From Eledone cirrhosa (taxonomy: Eukaryota), in assembly GCA_964016885.1 (NCBI GenBank), contig OZ024745.1, positions 123,752,001-123,816,000 of the forward strand: DNA of 64,000 bases, read 5' to 3'. Under the pieces are notes generated by a model, which was not told the origin of the DNA, made no database searches, and worked only from the letters and a program-made list of their open reading frames with translations. Position numbers and translations under genes: made by a program. Positions 52,918 to 64,000 of the stretch are shown here, piece after piece (the first letter of the stretch is position 1; each line of letters starts with the position of its first letter).

Positions 52918-53315
52918 TGATGATTCTTTTTAGTGTCTGTTTTTTCACACTTGCATGGGTTGGCAGGGTCTTTCTAAGCACAGCATTTCTCCACTCACTG
53001 CATTCCTTTGTCATCTCCTCTGTGCGGCTCAGTGATTTGAAATCAGCTGTCACCACTTCTGCCTAGGTCTTCCTTGGGCTACCCGTATTGTGGCTTCCTT
53101 CTACTGGGATTTCCTCATCCATCAGTCATTGTCCATGCACATCACATGTCCATACCAACACCATCTCGGATTCCCCTTAAGCCCAACTTCTCTTTTAGCT
53201 CATCCAAGCTCTGCCTTTCTCTCTCAGTTACATTGCACATCCACTGAAACCTGGTTGCTTCATTTCTCTCCAGTCTACGCATGTCTTCTGCAGTTACAGC
53301 CCATGTTTCACTACC
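52918..53315 (-). mobile_element. RTE LINE 3' fragment
   Basis: GSETWAVTAEDMRRLERNEA…EWRNAVLRKT. Confidence 0.85.
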
Positions 53316-53333
53316 ATTATATATTGGCAGTAA

Positions 53334-53702
53334 AAGGCGGTGGATTGGCAGTATCGGTAGAGGGTCAGACGCCATGCTTTCCAGCATAGTTACGTCCCTT
53401 TACGATCTGAGTTCAAATCCCGCCGAGGTTGACTTTGCCTTTCATCCTTACGGGGTCGATAAAATAAAGTACCAGTAATGCACTGGATAATTGCTGGCCT
53501 TGTGCCTAAAGTAGAAACAATTATATATTGGCAGTATCGGTAGAGAGTCGGATGCCATGCTTTCCAGCTTATTTACATCCCTTTACGATCTGAGTTCAAA
53601 TCCCGCCGAGGTTAACTTTACCTTTCATCCTTACGAGGTCGATAAAATAAAGTACCAGTAATGTACTGGATAATTGCTGGCCTTGTGCCAAAAGTAGAAA
53701 CA
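53334..53702 (+). mobile_element. Two SINE family 1 copies, one inserted at the 5' edge of the other
   Basis: TSD attatatattggcagta at 53316-53332 and 53520-53536 includes the first bases of the downstream SINE. Confidence 0.87.
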
Positions 53703-53944
53703 ATTATATATATAAATATATATATACACACACACATAAGCGAGATGCAAATCCCAGCTTCTCTACTAATTTATTGAATACTCTATTAACTATTTATCTC
53801 CTCTATGGTACAGCCAATAATGTTAGAACTCCATGTAGTCCGGAAGTAATAATTCCAATGATATCATGTGATGGGAGTACTTGATTTTGTAGTAGACTTT
53901 CATCCTATTGGATTCTGTTGTGCATTCTAAATGTCCTATTGTCG

Positions 53945-53991
<47 letters not shown>

Positions 53992-54036
53992 AAGAAGTGT
54001 AAGTCAACAGGTTAAAATTAACTTTGTTTATTCATA

Positions 54037-54103
54037 CTCGCTGTTATATATATATTTTGGTGATAGCCATTATGCAACAGCTATGACCTCATCAGACAAC
54101 TAG
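54037..54103 (-). ncRNA. Hammerhead motif with G12->A (probably inactive), in a PLE-like remnant between (TA)n tracts
   Basis: ctagttgt CTGATGA ggt-c-atagc…gctat-c-acc AAAA tatatata TA acagcgag. All three helices can form. The change fits CpG decay (CCG->CCA). Confidence 0.62.
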
Positions 54104-55723
54104 AATTTGCACAGAAAAAAAAAAAACATAATGATGAAATAAAGCTTACTTCTGTTATTTCAATTTTTTTTATATGCTCAGTGCTGGTGTTGTTTTCTCA
54201 ACGCCCCAGTCGCATATATATATATATATAGTAAAAATAAATATGAAGACTAAAATCCGAAGAAGGCTCGGTAAGAATTATATATATATATAAAATATAT
54301 ATATAAAAACCCATAGAGCAAATTCATTGCTTAAACTTTAATCTGTTCTCATAATATATATATGTGGGTGTGGTTGAGAATTGCATAATTTCATAAGAGT
54401 ATATATAAGGCACTGAGGTAAACATAAATCAATAAAATACTGCTAGTTTTTTCAAAATTGTTTTGCTTAATTTTATCTTTGCAAATGAATAGAAGAATGT
54501 TGAAGGGAAGGTGAAATGTATAACAGTTTGAAAGGATAATTTCGATATAATTCTATCTATTCCTTCTGGGATTGATTAAAAATATACCTTTTCAATGTGC
54601 CAGAGTTGCGATAAACAGTATAACTAGCATTTCTATTGCTCTTCTGTTCATTAGTTGTGTTCCTTATTGGGATCAACATTTGTTTTCTTTTTGTTACATT
54701 TATAACTCTTGAATCAAAAGTGTAGCCTCTTCTTTACATAATGCATTGAGGAAAATTTTAAGAAGTGTATTGTAAAGCTGCTTTAAACTAGCCTCTTTTT
54801 CCTGGTGCCAGAAATGAGAAATGTTTTAAATATTGCATGGAATTTATTGAAACAAGAATTCTTTGACTGTGTATGATTTTTCATTTATAACTATTCATGT
54901 TCTTGTTTTGTCCCACTAGTCCATGTTAGTTCTCATTAGTTTTAATAAGAATTTATTAGTTTTCACTATTTTACATTAGTCCTTGGTATTTCTCTATAGT
55001 TCACATTCTTACTACATACACTGCAACAGTATAATAACAATATAATCAAAACAAACGGCAATAATCACACATAACGGAACAACAATCTTTTAAGAACCAA
55101 CAATCCAACACACTAACTCGAACTGTGAACTTGAACTTCCACATTGACTATCAACACACGAACTGGGGAACTAGTACTAACTTTGACTATCAACACACGA
55201 ACTGTGGAACTAGTACCAACTATCTCGCTTACTCAGGCCGCTACTATTTAGTTGTCCAACCCATTTTCGCCAAGGAGCGTCATACTCTCGCACAACAATT
55301 CTACTGTGTAGCACTTTGATCAGTGTCTTCTAACAGCTTATAGTTTTGAATAGAATTTGGTAGATTGGAACTGTGTTGAAGCCCATAATATGTGTGTCCC
55401 CTTGGCAAATGTACACCAACTGATATAAACAATGCTGTGAAAACTGAAAAACTGGTGTTCTTTTAAGGAAATTCTTTAGAATATTCTTTAAGCACTGAGT
55501 TACAGACACTGTCTTGTTGGCTTCATTGCCAGAAATGTGCAGTGAACCAATGATTGTTCTGTTTCAAATCTATATTTAATCATGCTATTCTTTATCAATT
55601 GCAATATAAAAAACAATGTACTGAGATTGATTTAATCACCTACACCCCCTCCCCCTTTCAAATGTATGGTTTTGTACCAAAATTAGTAAACATCATTCAT
55701 CATTATTTTCTTTTCCATTGCAG

Positions 55724-55876
55724 ATATTGTCAAATAATCGGAATGATTTTCAATGAAATCGGCATTGACTGTGTGGTGCTTCATTCAATGATGTCACAGA
55801 AAAATAGGTTGGCTGCTCTGGCTAAGTTCAAATCTAGTCAAGTGCGTATCATCATAGCAACAGACGTTGCTAGCAG
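55724..55876 (+). CDS. DDX49: Next exon of the DDX49-like helicase (motifs QxxR and V)
   Basis: Acceptor ttgcag| and donor |gtgagt. 153 nt, (K)YCQIIGMIFNEIGIDCVVLHSMMSQKNRLAALAKFKSSQVRIIIATDVAS(R). LHSMM.QK.R.AALAKFKSS..RI.IATDVASR is characteristic of DDX49. AA+A across the splice junction gives an in-frame Lys. Confidence 0.93.
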
Positions 55877-56104
55877 GTGAGTGCTCCTAGAAAATATTCT
55901 CTCTCATTTTCATACACACTGAGGAGACAAAGAAAAATGTGGTGTCTCCATTACACACTAGATGATTAATTTCAATTATTTAAGAGAATGAGTTGCAAAA
56001 CATTCTTACATAGCTTCACCTGTGCCACTCGCTCTTTCTCTTTTTGTTTCTCTATAACCCTATGCTCATGTTCACCCACTCTTATATACTACTATACTGC
56101 AATG

Positions 56105-56752
56105 ATATAAAAGCAAAAAAAAAAAAACCTTATTTAGTAAGAAAAAATTAAAAAAATGGGAAACAAAAGGAAAGAAAAAATAGGGAAATATAGAAAAAAA
56201 AAGAGAGAAAGAAAGAAGAAAAAGAACGGGAAAGGGAGAATATAGCAAGAGCTCTGGTGTCGCAGAAGAGAGGGGGGTGAGAGTGGCGGGTGATTGGGCT
56301 TTGGGCCTAGGGCAAGGGAGCAGAAGTGCTGCGCCCCACGGACAAGACGGCAAAAGCGTTCCTCCAGATGATGTCCAGTGACACCCGTTGCAACAGCCAC
56401 CCCACCTTGCGGAGCTCCCTCCTCAGACAGACCGCTGCTGACGCGGAGGAGCTCGGCAGTATGGGGTTGAAGTACACCTGAGGACTCGATGGCGACCTGT
56501 GCTAAGAGGAAGCGGCTGGACAAACCCCGGTATTTGTTTATTTTACGTTCTTCTGTGAGGCAGGCTGTGATGCCGGGGATTTGTGGCTGAAGCGTCTAAG
56601 TTGGAGACGGAGAATGTGTTGCTGCAGGTAGCATCCCAGATGAGGGATCTACCTCCTTCGAATGGGAAAAGGGTGATTCCATCGGGGCGCTTGCCATATC
56701 CGCGGTCTAGGCCTGCTGGCTCCAGGTGAGATGGAAAGCCAGCTGCGTCAAC
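56105..56752 (-). mobile_element. CRE/SLACS-clade non-LTR retrotransposon 3' part (restriction-like endonuclease)
   Basis: AAGFPSHLEPAGLDRGYGKRPDGITLFPFEGGRSLIWDATCSNTF…EERKINKYRGLSSRFLLAQVAIESSGVL…WLLQRVSL.I..NAFAVL, with frameshifts. PD…D catalytic motif present. Confidence 0.82.
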
Positions 56753-57526
56753 CTATTTTATATTTAATTGTCAACCAGAATATTATTTCATTATTACTTC
56801 ATTATTGACTGCCAGCCATTATTGATCTTGGTCTGGTAAGGTTAAACTTCATCTCTGGGGTATTTGTAAAAGAATTAAGTTCTCTGAGGAATTTGCAAAA
56901 GAATTGAGTATAGACTTTTGTTAAATGTTGACGAAAATGCTCTTATTACTATTATTCATATCATTCATTCTTCTGAAAGTTGTGTATATATTGTTGTATG
57001 TGTACTATGATAGACATCTCCTGGTTTGTTTCATATTGTTGTAGCAAACAATTGGTGAATATACTTTAGGGGATTTTGATATTGTATTCTATAATAATAG
57101 CATTTGAGCTGCTGCCTCTAACAGCAACTGAAGCCAGTAGCCAACATTTACAGATAAAAAATTTTAATTTTCAAAGTAATATCTATCAGTATCAGGTGGG
57201 ACTAGCAAATAATTATGGTGTGGCTTTATGTTAATGGCTGTAATTAAACAATGAAGTATGTTATGTGTGAGATATATAGATCATTACTGAAGCTGCATGG
57301 GATTTTCTACCATACAAATATAGTTTATAAAAACAAATCACTCCCAATATATATATTATAATGAATGTACTGGACTTTTTTGTCTGCCTGTCACACATGA
57401 ATGCTGGAATATGACAAAATTGTTCTACAATTGTTATTCAGAATTCATGAAATACAAAAGTAAGACAAAAGTAAGACAAAAAAGTTGGGGATGAACAAAT
57501 ATTCTGTTCTAAATGTTTTCATTAAG

Positions 57527-57652
57527 GCCGTTGCCATTCTCAGTTCAAATCTCGCTGAGGTTAACTTTGCCTTTCATCCTTACGGCGTCGATGAAATAAA
57601 GTACCAGTAATGCACTGGGATAATTGCTGGCCTTGTGCCTAAAGTAGAAACA
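57527..57652 (+). mobile_element. 5'-truncated SINE family 1
   Basis: B box through the GTAGAAACAATT end. Confidence 0.8.
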
Positions 57653-59629
57653 ATTTATACCAGAAGTGAGCTTTCCCTGAAATCAGTGTTTTCTGCCCAT
57701 CTTACCATGCTCCCCCCCCTCCTCTCTCTATCTCAATGCAAGTGTGTATGTATGGTATATATATATGTGTGTGTGTGTATGATATATATATATATATCAC
57801 CCACACCTCCCATTCCATCCTCCGACTTCCACCCACACCACTCTTTCTCTGTAAATTTATATTGGTACCACAGAACATCCAGTCCACACTGGAAAGTGGT
57901 CGTAGGAGACATAGTAAAAAGGCTCCCAATCAACATTGTAAATGTGGTTGGCATTGGGAAGGGCATCCAGCCGTAGAAAACCAACTAAAGACAGTTCTGT
58001 ACAAGTGAGACATGGTCACCCAACCAATCTTGCCTCAAGTGGGACAAACCAGTCTAACCCATGCTAGCATGGAAGATAGACGTTGATGATGATGATATAT
58101 ATCACCATTTAATGTCTATTTTCCATGCTTGCATGGTTTAGATGTGTTGTTGCGTTATGAGATATGTCAGGCCAGGTGAGCTTTTTTTGCTCTTACAGAT
58201 TAGTATTCTGCAGCTAAATACTCTTCTTTAAGCCAACCACATTAGTGTGGACTGGGTGCTTTTTCATCATGCTTTTTCACCACCACCTTATTGGTTGGAA
58301 TATATATAATATATGTCATCATCATCATTTTCTACCTGTTGTTCCACTCATGCATGACACGGAGTTGTTTATCCTGATCATCTTACCATTTTTGTACCTT
58401 CTACATAACATATTGTGCCTTATTCATCCATTCCTGTACTTTTCTCTGAATTTCATTGTATCGGTTACCAGTTTTGCATTAAATATATGTTTATATCTTC
58501 CAAAAGACACTATAATCGATTCTATGAGTCATTCCTTAACTTTTAGGATGAAAAATAACAACTTATGAAGTAAGTTAAATTTTACAGTCTTTGCTAAATG
58601 TGAACCTGTCAAATTCCAAGATTTGGGCTATTTCATTTGAGTTAGATTGTCATCTATCTTACAGATTATTCCCTTTCTCATACTGAAGTATCCTCAGACA
58701 GGTTGCTGGTAGATTCTGCATTTGTAAGAATAGATAATCTTAAAGAGTTTGAAATCAATATGTCAATCTTTTCACTACCAGCCATAGCTGTTAGGATTTT
58801 ATAATTTTACCTCGTTTCATCTCACTTAATGTCAAATGTTTTCACAATTATTGTCTTGGTTCTTCCAAAAGTCACAGAAATAGTTTCTATGAATCATTCT
58901 ATCGTGTTATGATGAAAAATATCAACATTTGAAATGTTTGAACTTTACAATATTTACTATGTGCAGACATTAATGAAGAGCTACCATTTCTGTTCTACAA
59001 ACTACGTAGATATTTAGCTGTACTCCAGGCTACATTTTAACCTTGTGCAAGGTAGTTCCATTGTAAATTTATAAAAGAGACCTGTTCCTTGGCTATTAAT
59101 TCATTTCTTCAATCATTACCTCTGCCTAAAATATTTTGTATATTGCTAAAAAAACATGGAAGTAAAAATCTTCACTTGTGTCTTTTAAAATTCACAATAT
59201 TTTGTTTCTAGATGATAGCTAAACTCAGTCTACTTAATCATTGTTCTTAGCCATTTTTTTTTTTGATTTTTCTCTTTTATATTTTCTTTACTCTGTTGTT
59301 TAACATCTTCAGGACATTATTTCTTCTATAAATAAAACCATTATTTCAATGTATGTTCTACTCACTAGTCTTTAGTGGAACATAGTATTCGTAAATCTAC
59401 TATTTGTATGTACAAATTACCTAGACCATTAGCTGCATTCTAGGCTATCCTTTTAACCTCACAGTGCCCTCTCCACCTTCTCCCTCTAACATTCTAAATA
59501 TGATGAGTGAAAAAAACATCAGTCAACTGAGACGATCTTTGTAATTACAAGTTCAAAACTCCTTTTGGCCAGCGTTTAAATCTAGAGAAGCAAACAAGTG
59601 AGAAAAGTCTTATAGTCTGAATTGATTAA

Positions 59630-62149
59630 CCCTTTAGCATTCACATTGAATTGTCAAATCTCATGTTCATCTATTTGCATTATTTTCACTTAATTATACT
59701 CAAGAGGGTTATCAATTTTATTTGTTTGTAATTACTTTAATTTTCTATGTGCAGACTTGAAATTTTGTCAGTAGATGTTTAAATAACTATAATTTACAAT
59801 TATATATATTTTACCTGATTTTTTTTTGTTAAATTTGACTTTTATGGGCAGGTGAAATTAATTAACAGGTGTAAAAGTAATAACTTTATGGATAAACACA
59901 AAAATTTAAACTTTATCTGCCTTACCTGTTAGATTTGTTGCAAAAAAATCCAATAATGACCTAGATGCTGATTTCCATCAATTCTAGCAGTTTTCCGAAC
60001 AGGTGAATTAATTAAAAATGCAGGTGTAATCAGTACACGGTTTTAGTCTTTCTCTACATTCCAGGCAAATATTTTCATTGAAAAAAATGTATAAAACCTT
60101 TTCACCAGTCAAAATAATATTGGCAATGTACTCTTACACAATGAACGGTGTAAATTTACGTAACAGAATGCTCCCAATATATAAGTTCATTAACAGGTGT
60201 GATGCAGGTGTGACACAGGTGAATGCAGGTGTTTTTGTATATGTGTTCTAATATATTTTTAAAATATTGTTTTCAATATTGTCAGACAATATTATTTCTA
60301 TCGTGATACTGCCCAAAACACCCTTTACATAATGGCACTTTGCAAAAGGAACACATAAATAGGGTTTGGATTGTGTAACCTTTAACAGTTTTTCTCTTTT
60401 GCAAAGAGCACAATCGGCAAACCTTCCTCCTACCATCAATTCTCTCCACTTTATGAAAATCAATATTTTCTTTGTGAACCACTGCTAATTTTGATTTTTT
60501 CCCAGCTTTGTGTTTGCGAGAAGTATATCCTCCACGTAGCTGGGATGCAATGTCCACGCAAAACTTCATATGACAGTAGTCCTTTGGTGGTGGCGGATCC
60601 TTGTGGCTTTTAGTAAATACAATAAAAGAATTCACAATGGTTAAATTCACTAAAAACCACAAGATGTATCTCCACCATTTCTTTCCAGGGCACCCAACAA
60701 GCACAGTACTGGTCAGATTTATCAACCCCACCCATATATTTATTGTAGGAGAGGTTAACTAAAGGTCTACCCTCAGCCCCAACACCTGATTGTTGGTTAG
60801 AACTCAGGAACAAAATTTGCCGTTTGTCTTTGAACACTGTGGCTAACATGTTCTCTTTTTGCATTTGGAGAATGTCCCCTCTGTTTTTCAGTTTCGCAAC
60901 TTTTATTTCTTGGGGGAGCCCTTTCCGATTGCTCATTATTGTGCCACAGGTGTATTTACAAGGGCAAGATCCTCTGCTAAAAGTAGCCGAAGAAAAAAAA
61001 CGGTCAAAATATATATGTATGTGTTGAAAGTGGAAGGGTTGAGTCAGCGACCACACAACATCGTAAACCAACCCGTGATTTCTCTCTCCGTTATGTTTTT
61101 TTCCTGTGTAAACATCAAAGTTTACACAGTATCCTGTGTCCGATTCACACAGTTCCCACACTTTGATGCCCCATTTGGTGGGTTTAGCTGGCATATACTG
61201 TCTGAAATGAACCCTACCCTTATACCCAATAATAGCTTCATCAACACTAATATTTTTTCCAGGTATATACACACTTTTAAATTTTTCTGACAACATTTCA
61301 ATTAATGGTCGTACTTTGTACAGCAGGTCGTAATTTGATTCATTTCTACCAGGGGCATTTGGAGTATCAACCAGATGCAAATACTGGTTTAATTTGATGA
61401 ATCTCGTTTTTGCCATAATACTAGATATATAAGGGTCACCAAACCTTATATCAGTACTCCAATAATTCTACAGTCGTGGAAATTGTTTAATACCAAACAT
61501 AATGTTTATGGTAAAAAACGCTTTCATTTCGGCAGAATCTGTCGGACGCCATAACAGTTCGGGTTTTCCGATATTAGAAATCTGTTGTTGTGCATAGCGA
61601 TTTGTTGTCTCTTCTGCCACAACTTCGAAGAAAGTTTCTGGTAAAAATTAAAAAAAATAATCCAGTGCTTTAGCATCGGGTGGTAATGTATGTTGTGGTC
61701 CAATATTTTCAGTAAAATCCGAAACATGTATCGGTGTTGTTTCTTTCAACCACGTTGGTGTTTTTTCAATGGTGTCAATTATATCTTCTCTTTCACTTTC
61801 AAAGTGACTATCATCATCATCAGATATATCAGAAATAAATATATCTAATTCGTTTGAAGATACATCACTGATATTATCTTCTGTTTCTTTTTGATTTCAA
61901 ATGTCGTCGGACATAAAACCTTCAAATTCGTTGCCATGTTACACTTTCGGAAGCCATGTTAAAAACACGTGTTATCGCAAGTTCTTTAACTATACTAAGA
62001 GTTTTCGCGTGTAAGGGCTTTATCTCGCAGTAATCTCGAATTGACGAGATTTCGATGATGTCAATGTTTATTTTTAGAAGGAGATCTCCGTGTAGTATTA
62101 AATGTCGGACATAATCTTGTCGGTTTTTGTCGGTTTGAATGCTAAAGGG
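59630..62149 (-). mobile_element. Full-length (2,520 bp) piggyBac transposon
   Basis: TTAA TSDs at 59626-59629 and 62150-62153. 14-bp TIR CCCTTTAGCATTCA. Transposase inside. Confidence 0.95.
60282..61957 (-). pseudogene. Frameshifted piggyBac (PGBD4-like) transposase
   Basis: Acidic N-terminus (EFEGF…SDISDDDD), LYKVRPLIE, SVDEAIIGYKGR.HFRQYMPAKPTKWGIKVW, YFDRFF, CGTIMSNRKGLP, YNKYMGGVDKSDQ, KKWWRY and a C-terminal CRLC…CSFCKVPLCKGCFGQYH. Split across frames with stops. Confidence 0.93.
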
Positions 62150-63030
62150 TTAAATTGTTTTGAAACATTTTGAAATAATGCAGTAGGAGTGGATCTTGTT
62201 CAGATTGAAAATGTGTAGAATATATTTTTTCATCATGACTACTTTTGCCAACAGTGTCATTGTCAAATATCTCTTAACTCTAATCTATTTAGCTGTGTAT
62301 GTTAAGTGATAGTGACCAAAATAATTTGGCTATAGCAAACTGGGAAAACCAAACAGGGTAATAATCAAAGCATTAAATAAAAATTAGTGTTTATGTAAAT
62401 TATTAATGATATGTGTGTCAGCAAAAAATGATTTATATCTTAATGTAAAAATAAATTTTTATGCCATGATTCAAGCTAAATTCTAATGTTTCAAGCAGGC
62501 ACTTCAAAGAGATACTGTGACATCTGTTTTGTAGTTTTGAATGTGATTAAAGTGTGTGTAAGGGAAAAGTATTAAATGTCCAGTCATTAACAAGATGATT
62601 GACCAGTGCAATGAAAACTTCCAAGTTAGAGGAAGAATGGTGAACAGTTTGAAAACTGTAATACACATTTTGGAACAATGACACTGACGTGCACATGTGT
62701 ATTTTCATGTTCTTACTTACATATACTAACAGAGAGCAGGTAAAGAGTGAAAAGTATTAAGATGCAGGATGATAGTTATATGCTTATACATATTTTTTAA
62801 TGAGGTCACTCTTGAGTGCTACTGGTAGCATGTAACCCAGTACAACTAGTCATATGGTCAGGTCATCAGTGACTAAACTGCCAAACCCACCAAGTTTGCT
62901 TGGTGAGGATGGTGATTTTGAACACCCTGCAGGATGAAAAACAAAACATGACAAAGGGTGGAGCTACTCATGTGAGTCAATGGCCATCCAATAGTGTGTA
63001 CATATGTATATATCATGTGGATGTGTAAAT

Positions 63031-63371
63031 ATCATCATCATCATCATCATTTTACGTTCGCTTTTCCCTGCTTGCAAGGGTGGAACAGGAACTAATTTTG
63101 GCTTAATTTCTACAGCTGGATGCCCTTCCTAACACCAACCTCATTTACAGTGAGTACTGGGTGCTTTTTTGCCGTGGCGCTTCCACGTCCACTTTGCAGT
63201 GGAATGATAGGGATCCCAGTCCCTATCATCTCATTTCTACAGCTGAGTAAACTGGAGCAATGTGAAATAAAGTGTCTTGCTCAAGGAAACAACACATCAC
63301 TCGGTCTGCGTATTGAACTCACAACCTTTCGATTGTAAGGCCAATGCTCTAACCACTAAGCCATGTGCCTC
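63031..63371 (-). mobile_element. SINE family 2 copy
   Basis: Collinear with 6715-7060. Confidence 0.88.
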
Positions 63372-64000
63372 TATGTATATATTAATTTAACTGTGTGCAG
63401 AGCTATAGTAGATTTCACTGATTGACACTGGATGGTAGTTTGTGGTGTCCCCTTGTGTCTCCAGTGTCTGTTCAACATGCCACTCAGTGAACTGATGATG
63501 TACAATATATGCTCATTCAAGCTGAGCACTTAGCTGCTCAGTTTGAAGACCAACCAGCGTGGGGATAAACAGCATCCTACATAATATAGTCTAGCAGAAC
63601 AGGTCGAATCTAGAGGAGAAAGCCTTCGTAAAAATCCTGCTTGACTCATAGCAAGCAGTAACTCATGCAAAAATCAGTTTACTTGATGTCGGGAACAGTA
63701 GTGGCCTCACAGATGGTCGACCATTAATTCAACAATAGGTTGACACAACTGTTCCAGTTAGCGGAGAAATCTATGAGTATGCAGGTGTGGCAAGACATAT
63801 ATATTCTAGTAACAAGAAAAGGCAAAATGAAAAATGCTTCACCTACCAGGGAGGGGTGACTCAAGAAGAAGAAAATGATCACTAACACAAAAATATACAC
63901 ATACATAAGATGGGTAAGTTGCGCATGTAGAAAGAAAAAATATGTGTGATGAATGAGAAAAGCATCTGTCTTCCTCTTCAGCCACCTTCTGGGCAATGCA

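Noticed and set aside
55022-55297. Possible solo LTR with a 39-bp internal duplication
   Set aside because: TG…CA ends are not accompanied by inverted termini or a TSD.
55554-55723. N-terminal part of ORF 55554-55880
   Set aside because: Intronic read-through upstream of the splice acceptor at 55723.
60282-61957. Domesticated PGBD gene
   Set aside because: TIRs and TTAA TSDs are retained and the frame is broken, so it is a decayed transposon.

Overview
AT-rich, repeat-dense eukaryotic DNA; the repeat landscape suggests a mollusc, probably an octopus-type cephalopod (inference). The only host coding sequence I can support is two + strand exons (32424-32564 and 55724-55876) of a DEAD-box helicase matching DDX49/Dbp8, joined by a 23.2-kb GT-AG intron. 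The rest is most likely intronic and filled with mobile DNA: RTE LINEs, tRNA-derived SINEs, CRE-like and R4/Dong-like non-LTR remnants, a full-length decayed piggyBac with deletion derivatives and MITEs, a hAT element holding a 16 x 55-bp array, and Penelope-like elements (PLEs). The strongest signal is a set of at least 8 hammerhead-ribozyme-like motifs inside inverted-repeat PLE-type elements sitting in (TA)n tracts. One family member is a perfect 112-bp palindrome whose axis falls within 1 nt of the predicted ribozyme cleavage site. All calls were made by eye and no database searches were run. Coordinates of degenerate repeats are approximate.
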